33,045 nucleotides of DNA from an uncultured Lachnospiraceae bacterium. GTDB taxonomy: Bacteria > Bacillota > Clostridia > Lachnospirales > Lachnospiraceae. The stretch lies in assembly GCA_900313435.1 (NCBI GenBank), contig OMRF01000266.1:1-33045 (forward strand), read 5' to 3'. A model generated the notes under the pieces. That model was not told the DNA's origin. It made no database searches and saw nothing but the letters and a program-made list of their open reading frames with translations. A program made the translations under genes and the position numbers. Below are positions 27,264 through 33,045 of this stretch, in pieces (position 1 is the first letter of the stretch; each line of letters starts with the position of its first letter).

Positions 27264-29231
27264 TCACATAAACCTTTCAATGAATTCATCCTCTGAGATG
27301 ATGGGGATCGAAAGTTCGCGGGCTTTTTGATTTTTGTTTGAAGCACTTTCAAGATCATTATTTATGAGAAAGGATGTCTTCTTTGAGACTGAACCCGTGA
27401 CGACTCCCCCTTGAGACTCGATATAAGCCTTCACTTCATTTCTGTTCTTGAACTTATAGACATCGCCGGTTATAACAAATGTAAGACCCTTGCACTTTTC
27501 ACCCGCAGGGGTCTTTTCTTTTTCTTTTATCGTGACAAGCTTTAAAAGCTCAGAAAGAATCTTGGCATTTTCCTCATCCTTCATCCACCTGACAAAGGAA
27601 GAACTCTTTTCGGGTCCTATCCCTTCGATCTCGGAAAAGACCTTTTCATCTTCTGTCGTTTGTGCGGTTTCAAAAAGTTCCTTAAGGCTCTTACCAGAAA
27701 GCAGCCTTTTTGCCACATCGGGGCCCACAAGCGGAATGGAGAGCGCGAACATGAACGCTTCGGCACCGACTGTCAATGCCTTTTCAACAGAGGCTTTTAT
27801 ATTATCAGCGCTCTTTTCCCCGAAACCATCAAGCTGCGCTATCTCATCCCTGTGCGAAGGTAGTTTAAGGATATCGGAAAGATCCCTTATCCATCCGAGG
27901 TTTACGAAACGCTGCAATGTCATTTCCGAGATCCCGTCAATATCCATGCCATCCTTTGACACAAAGCGGGAGAATTTCCTAAGCTGCTTCGCAGGGCACT
28001 TCTCATTTGAACAACGGAGGGTCTTCGTGCCGCTGACCTCGGAAACCCTGATAAAAGTCTTTTCCCCGCAAACAGGGCAGGTGTCGGGGACCAGAAGCTC
28101 CCCCTTTTTTTCCTTTACTTCTATGACCTTTGGTATTATCTTGTTTGCCTTTATGACGGAAAGGACTGTTCCCTCCCCTCCTATGGAGAGGCGCTCGCAT
28201 TCTGATATATTACATAGCGATGCCCTCTTCACCGTGGTCCCTTCCAGCTGGACGGGTTCAAATACCGCAACCGGAGTGATTGAGCCTGCCGCGCAGCTCC
28301 ACTCGATGTAAGAAAGCGAACTTAAAACCGCTTCATCAGCCCATTTGAAAGCAATGCCCGCCCTTATGGCGTGATGCCCGGTGACTGATCCTCCCGCAGC
28401 ATAAACAGTATCATCAAAGCCCACCACAAGCCCGTCAACGGGATAAGGATTCTCATTCCCGGTCACCTTTTTTGTCCATCTTTCCACCGCGTCTTTGATC
28501 TTTGAAAGCGAGGGATCTTCAATAAGCTCTCTTTCAACAGTCTGAAAGCCAAGCTTTGACAGCATATCCATCCGCTCGCCCCATGATACTATCTCTTCAT
28601 CACAGTGGACTAATGTAAACGGGATATAATTGATCCTTCTCTTTTTCACTTCCTCAGGATCTTTAAGGGAAAGGGAGCCTGAAGCCAGGTTTCTCGGATT
28701 TGCGTAGTCTTCGCCGGTTTCTATCACGAATTCCTCAAAATCCTTATATGCTATGACGGCTTCTCCCCTTATTACAAGATGGCCGGGGTAGGCGATCTTT
28801 TTTGGGATTCCCGATATTGATCCTGAAAGAAAAGTAATGTCAGTGCCTGTGTGCCCGTTTCCTCTTGTAACAAGACGACTTAGAGTTCCATTATCGTAAG
28901 TTGCCACAAGGGTAAGGCCGTCAAGCTTCCACGAAAGCCAGATGGGACGGGAATCAGCCCACTTTGAAAGCTCGTTAATGTCCTTTGTCTTTGCCAGGGA
29001 AAGGGCGGGATATTCGTGCTCTACCTTCTTTCCCGAAGTGTCATCCTTTGAAACATTAATTGTGGGACTGTCCAAAAGGACTTCACCCGTTGCCTTCTCG
29101 AGGGCCGAAAGCTCGTCAAAGAGAGCATCCCATTCGTGGTCGCTCATGAGCTCGGGAAGTCCGTTATAATAATTATCGGACGCCGCGTTCAGGCGTCCGA
29201 CGAGTTCTTTCATACGGTCAAGGTCGTTCAC
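27264..29231 (-). CDS. ligA: NAD-dependent DNA ligase family protein (LigA-type, sequence-divergent)
   Basis: 655 aa. The GTG start overlaps the metA stop (GTGA). Adenylation lysine WKLDGLT; IRGEAVI; the Zn finger CPVCGEK...RCSNEKCPAKQ; HhH region; C-terminal BRCT (GLTFVITG...GSVSKKTSFLI). Several usually invariant strings are altered (see findings). Confidence 0.85.
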   Translation of the reverse strand: MNDLDRMKELVGRLNAASDNYYNGLPELMSDHEWDALFDELSALEKATGEVLLDSPTINVSKDDTSGKKVEHEYPALSLAKTKDINELSKWADSRPIWLSWKLDGLTLVATYDNGTLSRLVTRGNGHTGTDITFLSGSISGIPKKIAYPGHLVIRGEAVIAYKDFEEFVIETGEDYANPRNLASGSLSLKDPEEVKKRRINYIPFTLVHCDEEIVSWGERMDMLSKLGFQTVERELIEDPSLSKIKDAVERWTKKVTGNENPYPVDGLVVGFDDTVYAAGGSVTGHHAIRAGIAFKWADEAVLSSLSYIEWSCAAGSITPVAVFEPVQLEGTTVKRASLCNISECERLSIGGEGTVLSVIKANKIIPKVIEVKEKKGELLVPDTCPVCGEKTFIRVSEVSGTKTLRCSNEKCPAKQLRKFSRFVSKDGMDIDGISEMTLQRFVNLGWIRDLSDILKLPSHRDEIAQLDGFGEKSADNIKASVEKALTVGAEAFMFALSIPLVGPDVAKRLLSGKSLKELFETAQTTEDEKVFSEIEGIGPEKSSSFVRWMKDEENAKILSELLKLVTIKEKEKTPAGEKCKGLTFVITGDVYKFKNRNEVKAYIESQGGVVTGSVSKKTSFLINNDLESASNKNQKARELSIPIISEDEFIERFM

Positions 29232-30154
29232 TTTTTTTCATCCTTTCCGAGGAAAATGAAGGGTGTGTTCTGATAAACATAATAATTCAGCCAGTTCGTA
29301 TAGAAGGTGTTCGCATGCCCTCTCCACTGGAGCATGGGTTTCATATTCTCGTCATCATTCGGATAATAATTGACAGGCTTGTGCTGCTTCATCCCTTCCG
29401 AAAGATCCCTCCTGTATTCCTTATCAAGAGTCATCCTGTCATATTCGGGATGTCCCATCACAAAGACCCTGCTCCCGTCATTATTCATGACAAGAAAGAC
29501 CCCTGCCTCGGGAGAATCCGAAAGGACTATTAAGTCGCTGTTTTGCTTGATCTCGTCCGCATCCGACTCCGTATACCTTGAGTGAGGTGCCATGAATAAA
29601 TCATCAAATCCCCTTACGAGAGGCACCCTCCTGTGCTGCACCCTGTGTGCAAAGACACCGAAGAGCTTCTCCGGGAGAAACTTCTTCTCTATTCCGTAAT
29701 GATAATAAAGACCCGCCTGCGCTCCCCAGCAAAGATGAAGGGTTGATGTAACATGAGTCTTCGTCCATTCAAAGATCTTCTCCATCTCGGGCCAGTAATC
29801 CACATCTTCAAACTCCAAGGTTTCTATAGGCGCCCCGGTAATGATGAAGCCGTCATAGTAATTATCCTTTATGTCATCGAAGACATCATAGAACTTGTTT
29901 AGATGAGACCTGGAAGTATGCTTTGCCTCATGGGTGCTTGTCGTCAAAAATGAAACATTGACCTGCAGCGGCGTATTTGAAAGCATCCGAAGGATCTGAA
30001 GCTCAGTATCCTCCTTCAGAGGCATGAGGTTCAAAATGCAGATGTCAAGTGGTCTGATATCCTGATGGAGAGCCCTTGTATCATCCATCACGAAAATATT
30101 TTCGTCTTCAAGTATTCCCTTTACGGGAAGATCATTTGCTATCTTGATCGGCAT
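29228..30154 (-). CDS. metA: homoserine O-acyltransferase MetA (acetyl/succinyl specificity not determinable here)
   Basis: 308 aa. The N-terminus MPIKIANDLPV...ENIFVM...IRPLDICILNLMP...LRMLSNTPLQV is collinear with E. coli MetA as I recall it. Confidence 0.93.
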   Translation of the reverse strand: MPIKIANDLPVKGILEDENIFVMDDTRALHQDIRPLDICILNLMPLKEDTELQILRMLSNTPLQVNVSFLTTSTHEAKHTSRSHLNKFYDVFDDIKDNYYDGFIITGAPIETLEFEDVDYWPEMEKIFEWTKTHVTSTLHLCWGAQAGLYYHYGIEKKFLPEKLFGVFAHRVQHRRVPLVRGFDDLFMAPHSRYTESDADEIKQNSDLIVLSDSPEAGVFLVMNNDGSRVFVMGHPEYDRMTLDKEYRRDLSEGMKQHKPVNYYPNDDENMKPMLQWRGHANTFYTNWLNYYVYQNTPFIFLGKDEKK

Positions 30155-30866
30155 TATAAAGCTCCTTAAAAAGCTCCCTTTCTTCCTCTTTGGTGATGCT
30201 CCTGTAGGCGCCCTCCCTGATACCGTCTACAAAGAGATTCATTATCCGAAATCTCATGAGGTCTATGACCCTGTACGAAAGAGCCTCGCACATCCTTCTG
30301 ATCTGGCGGTTCAAACCCTGAGTAAGAGTAATGTCAAAGGATTTCTCGCCTGTCCTTTTGACCCTGCACCTTCTCGTCGTTACGGAAAGCTCCGGAAGAT
30401 AGACACCTTTTTCCATTGTCCGGATGAAGCCTTCAGTCAATGGCTTATCGACTGTCACATGATATTCCTTCTCATGCTTCTTACTGCCCTTCATGATGTC
30501 ATTTACTATGCTGCCATCATCTGTCAGAAGAAGGAGGCCTCTCGACTCTTTGTCAAGCCTTCCTACAGTAAATATCCTGGTGGGATAGGATATATAATCA
30601 ACGATATTGTTCTTTTCCCTTTTTTCCTCGGTACAGACTATACCCGGAGGCTTATTAAAAAGGAGGAGTGTCCTCTCCTCCTTTTTTGATAGCGTTTTTC
30701 CGTCAAAGACCACCACGTCCTTAGGAAGGAGCTTCATTCCCTTTTCCGCGGGGCGTCCGTTCACAAGTACTCTCCCGGACTCTATCAGGCGGTCCGCCTC
30801 TCTTCGGGAGCAGACACCTGCGGCCGAAAGAAACCTGTTTATCCGAACACTCTCCTCAGTAAGCAT
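30132..30866 (-). CDS. RsuA/RluF-family pseudouridine synthase with N-terminal S4 domain
   Basis: S4 domain: RINRFLSAAGVCSRREADRLIESGRVLVNG. Catalytic motif: VGRLDKESRGLLLLTDDG. I prefer the ATG at 30866 over the adjacent TTG at 30869. The 3' end overlaps metA by 23 nt. Confidence 0.85.
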   Translation of the reverse strand: MLTEESVRINRFLSAAGVCSRREADRLIESGRVLVNGRPAEKGMKLLPKDVVVFDGKTLSKKEERTLLLFNKPPGIVCTEEKREKNNIVDYISYPTRIFTVGRLDKESRGLLLLTDDGSIVNDIMKGSKKHEKEYHVTVDKPLTEGFIRTMEKGVYLPELSVTTRRCRVKRTGEKSFDITLTQGLNRQIRRMCEALSYRVIDLMRFRIMNLFVDGIREGAYRSITKEEERELFKELYNADQDSK

Positions 30867-30873
30867 CAAAGGC

Positions 30874-32136
30874 TCAGCCTATGTACTCCGTCTTTGCGAA
30901 GCCCTTTGTAGTTCCGAAGCTCACACGGCTCCAACCGTTAGCATAGTCACACTCAATCTTTACCGCTGTTCCCATCTGGGCTACAGCTACCTTCTGCCCG
31001 TTCTCTGACATCTCATCACGGACGTTTACGGTCTTTGTAAGCGTAACATCACGAGGTGTGGAATTTGATATGGAGGTCACGAACTCGGTTTTTATGAAGC
31101 CATCCCTGCCGTTGTAATCAATGACAGTCCACTCTCCTTCGTCACGTTTCTTACTGATCACTGTACCGCACTCAAGACGCCCGATATTTTGTGAAGAAGC
31201 ATCCGCAGCCGCGCGGACGTTTATGGTCTTGGAATTTACCAGCGTTCCGGTAGAAGCCGCCTGCTGCGCTGCTGCCTGCTGTGCTGCTGCCTGCTGCGCT
31301 GCAGCCTGCTGTGCTGCTGCTTCCTGCGCCGCCTTATCTGCAGCCGCCTGTGCCTCAGCCTCCGCCTTCGCCTTTGCCTCAGCCTCCGCCTTCGCAGCTT
31401 CCTCAGCGGCCTTCTGCGCCTCAGCCTCGGCCTTCGCCTTTTGCTCCTCCTCGGCCTTCTTGTCCAAGGTCTTCTGATGATAAGCCGTAGCCCATTCTGA
31501 AACCTCTGACTGAAGAGTCTCGTTGAAGAAAGTCGAAAGATCAGGGTTCTTTTCCATCGTGTCATTAAACTCTGCCTGAACCTTCGCCTGAAGCTGCAGC
31601 ACATCTCCCTGCTGTTCGAATTCCGTGATAATGGATGTGATATACGGATCCGTGGGATTCTCGGAATTGTTCAGGTTGTAGGTGGAGTATAGATTGTTGA
31701 TATAAAGATTACCATCCTCATCGGTCTCAACATAGAAAAAATCAAGTCCCGGAGCGCTCTTATCCATTCCGGCAAAATTGATGTCATTAACTACACTCAC
31801 AAAATAAGTGCCCTTGTCTATCCCCTTTTTGGAATAGATCTCCCTGATGCTCCTTGAATCGATTTTCTTGGACATGAGCTCTATGTATGAGATCTCGGAA
31901 TCGGAAAAGGGATAGGCAACTTTGTTCAATGCCAAAAGGTTCCCCTCGTCATATGCGTCATAATAAGCCTGTATCAAGCCTTTAAGTGAAGTATTTCTTG
32001 ACTCGTTGGTATAATTCCTCTTCACTGATACAAAAGGATCGGCCTTCACATCCATCGCATTGATCCCAAAGCCAAGCATCAGGACTATGCCAAGTCCGCA
32101 TAACGCCGCAAGTATATATCTCTTGAGATTTTTCAT
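30874..32136 (-). CDS. membrane-anchored/secreted protein: unknown N-terminal domain, Ala/Glu/Lys/Gln low-complexity repeats, two C-terminal bacterial SH3 domains
   Basis: 420 aa, GAGAGGAG RBS. The N-terminal hydrophobic segment is YILAALCGLGIVLMLGFGI. The repeat regions are KAEAEAQKAAEEAAKAEAEAKAKAEAEAQ and AAQQAAAQQAAAQQAAAQQA. Two SH3b-like units are present: INVRAAAD...GEWTVIDYNGRDGFIKTEFV and VNVRDEMS...NGWSRVSFGTTKGFAKTEYI. Confidence 0.75.
   Translation of the reverse strand: MKNLKRYILAALCGLGIVLMLGFGINAMDVKADPFVSVKRNYTNESRNTSLKGLIQAYYDAYDEGNLLALNKVAYPFSDSEISYIELMSKKIDSRSIREIYSKKGIDKGTYFVSVVNDINFAGMDKSAPGLDFFYVETDEDGNLYINNLYSTYNLNNSENPTDPYITSIITEFEQQGDVLQLQAKVQAEFNDTMEKNPDLSTFFNETLQSEVSEWATAYHQKTLDKKAEEEQKAKAEAEAQKAAEEAAKAEAEAKAKAEAEAQAAADKAAQEAAAQQAAAQQAAAQQAAAQQAASTGTLVNSKTINVRAAADASSQNIGRLECGTVISKKRDEGEWTVIDYNGRDGFIKTEFVTSISNSTPRDVTLTKTVNVRDEMSENGQKVAVAQMGTAVKIECDYANGWSRVSFGTTKGFAKTEYIG
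31261..31320. repeat. tandem 15-nt repeat x4 (in-frame, encodes AAAQQ units) inside the SH3b protein gene
   Basis: ctgctgcgctgctgc / ctgctgtgctgctgc / ctgctgcgctgcagc / ctgctgtgctgctgc, read directly. Degenerate copies flank it. Confidence 0.9.
31352..31441. repeat. imperfect 24-nt repeats (three copies, two adjacent) encoding the AEAK-rich segment
   Basis: gcctcagcctccgccttcgccttt (31352-31375), gcctcagcctccgccttcgcagct (31376-31399) and gcctcagcctcggccttcgccttt (31418-31441). Confidence 0.8.
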
Positions 32137-32168
32137 ATCTCGCTCCTCTCATTATCAAAAATATAAAA

Positions 32169-32242
32169 TGTGAGTGAAGGGATTCGAACCCTCGACCTCC
32201 GGAGTCGGAGTCCGGCACTCTATCCAGCTGAGCTACACTCAC
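32169..32242 (-). tRNA. tRNA-Arg (anticodon CCG), CCA not encoded
   Basis: The minus strand reads GTGAGTG-TA-GCTC-AGCTGGATA-GAGT-G-CCGGA-CTCCGAC-TCCGG-AGGTC-GAGGG-TTCGAAT-CCCTT-CACTCAC-A. It forms a clean cloverleaf with a 7-bp acceptor stem, a T-loop TTCGAAT and anticodon loop CT-CCG-AC. Confidence 0.93.
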
Positions 32243-32264
32243 AAAAAAACGCGATTGAAAATGT

Positions 32265-32294
32265 ATTATAGCATTGTGATATCTGTAGCGTCAA
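32265..32294 (-). promoter_or_regulatory. near-consensus promoter TTGACG-18 nt-TATAAT inside the 3' end of aroK, directed at tRNA-Arg
   Basis: The minus strand reads TTGACG (32294-32289), an 18-nt spacer, then TATAAT (32270-32265, overlapping the aroK stop TAA). The predicted TSS is about 16 nt upstream of the mature tRNA 5' end. Confidence 0.5.
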
Positions 32295-32784
32295 TTACTA
32301 TACGTTTTGCTATTTCAGCGGGTGAAAGACCGTCAGTCTCTATGACATGCGATGCGGCTTTTTCATACATTTCTGCCCTCTCAGAGATCATATCACGGAT
32401 CCCTTCTACGGATAGTCTTCCCTTAAGCAGCGGTCTTGAAACATCATCCTTTAACCTTTCAAAAAGAGTTTCGGGAGACGCTGTGAGCAGAAAGACTGTT
32501 CCGGAAGACTTCATAATGGCTATATTCTCATCGTCCTTTACGATGCCTCCGCCGCAGGAGACTATGACTGAAGTTTTTTCCGAAAGAGATCTCAACAGAT
32601 CCTTCTCTTCCCGTCTAAAGTACTCTTCGCCCTTTTTTTCAAATACCGTGCTTATCGGCATCTCAAACCGTTCGGTAAGAAGCTTGTCCATATCGTAACA
32701 GGAAAGACCGGTGAGATCTGAAAGAGCTTCTGCCACGGTGCTCTTTCCTGTTCCCATAAAACCGGTAAGATATATATTCTTCAC
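32266..32784 (-). CDS. aroK: shikimate kinase
   Basis: 172 aa. The GTG start overlaps the aroD stop (GTGA). Walker A is GFMGTGKSTV. Also present: GGGIV, and the length is typical of AroK. Confidence 0.92.
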   Translation of the reverse strand: MKNIYLTGFMGTGKSTVAEALSDLTGLSCYDMDKLLTERFEMPISTVFEKKGEEYFRREEKDLLRSLSEKTSVIVSCGGGIVKDDENIAIMKSSGTVFLLTASPETLFERLKDDVSRPLLKGRLSVEGIRDMISERAEMYEKAASHVIETDGLSPAEIAKRIVIDATDITML

Positions 32785-33045
32785 TGCTGGTTCCTCTCAA
32801 TGATCGATAGTACGTCTTTCATATCATCAAAAGTAAGCTGCCCCGGAGCGGAAGCCTTTTCTTTGTCCTCTGACGCGAAAGTAATGCATGATCCCGTAAT
32901 AAAGCCTCCTATCCTTGACAGGATACCAAAAGGCCCCATTGAGATAGTGACCGTATCGATATTAGGATTTTTCCGGGTAAAGTTTTCAGAAAGCTTAAGA
33001 AGTTGAAAATAATCTTCCCTGCTTCCCGAAAAAAAGCCTCCCTCA
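32781..33045 (-). CDS. aroD: type I 3-dehydroquinate dehydratase, C-terminal part only (5' end outside the window)
   Basis: My translation of the minus strand is ...ISMGPFGILSRIGGFITGSCITFASEDKEKASAPGQLTFDDMKDVLSIIERNQQ*. The MG..G..SR....GS..TF....APGQ pattern is the AroD type I C-terminal signature. Confidence 0.85.
   Translation of the reverse strand, partial: EGGFFSGSREDYFQLLKLSENFTRKNPNIDTVTISMGPFGILSRIGGFITGSCITFASEDKEKASAPGQLTFDDMKDVLSIIERNQQ

Noticed and set aside
31261-31441. Possible CRISPR-like or satellite array
   Set aside because: The repeats are 15 and 24 nt, directly abutting with no unique spacers, and they are in-frame within a CDS. There are no cas genes in the window.
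31121-31604. Overlapping ORFs encoding Ala/Cys-rich (31121-31477, +), Pro-rich (31281-31490, +) and Arg-rich (31236-31604, -) peptides
   Set aside because: These are alternative-frame read-throughs of the GCN-rich tandem repeats inside the SH3b protein gene. The frame giving the AEAK/AAQQ repeats is continuous with real flanking domains.
32137-32265. tRNA-Arg as an integration site for a genomic island
   Set aside because: There is no integrase, no visible direct repeat of the tRNA 3' end elsewhere in the window, and no compositional break that I can see. The flanking genes are housekeeping genes.

Overview
This window looks like a core chromosomal segment of a Firmicutes/Clostridia-type (Lachnospiraceae-like) genome. 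That taxon call is an inference from protein families, TTG/GTG starts and GGAGG-type ribosome-binding sites. I count 29 genes, tightly packed. 28 are on the minus strand (27 CDS plus one tRNA); argG is the only plus-strand gene.

Gene order, left to right in window coordinates:
- TrmA/RumA-type m5U RNA methyltransferase (3' end cut by the window edge)
- small acidic-tail membrane protein
- pcrA
- yerC-like TrpR-family gene
- asnA and asnS
- three consecutive c-di-GMP turnover genes: two tandem 7TM-GGDEF paralogues and a GAF/PAS-GGDEF-EAL protein
- flavin reductase-like protein
- ilvE
- comEC, GerMN lipoprotein, histidine kinase, OmpR-type regulator, comEA
- argD, argB, argJ, GNAT, argC, divergent from argG
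- a divergent ligA-family gene, metA, an rluF-like gene
- an SH3b repeat protein
- tRNA-Arg(CCG)
- aroK and aroD (5' end cut by the window edge)

I see no integrase, transposase, prophage, CRISPR array or recognisable defence island, and no multi-gene system that is obviously novel.

The most interesting unexplained structure is in the only large intergenic gap (12649-12900). On the plus strand it holds a near-consensus orphan promoter, a perfect 11-bp stem-loop with a C7 loop, two CCCCTTTA motifs and a bidirectional intrinsic terminator. This is the architecture expected of a C-rich anti-Shine-Dalgarno small RNA, and it sits next to the c-di-GMP genes.

Secondary observations:
- a two-component system plus GerMN lipoprotein lies between comEA and comEC
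- a translationally coupled GNAT sits inside the arg operon
- the LigA paralogue is divergent and sits in an odd operon
- the SH3b protein gene carries in-frame tandem repeats and directly follows a tRNA

All calls come from reading the sequence and the ORF translations. No database searches were run.
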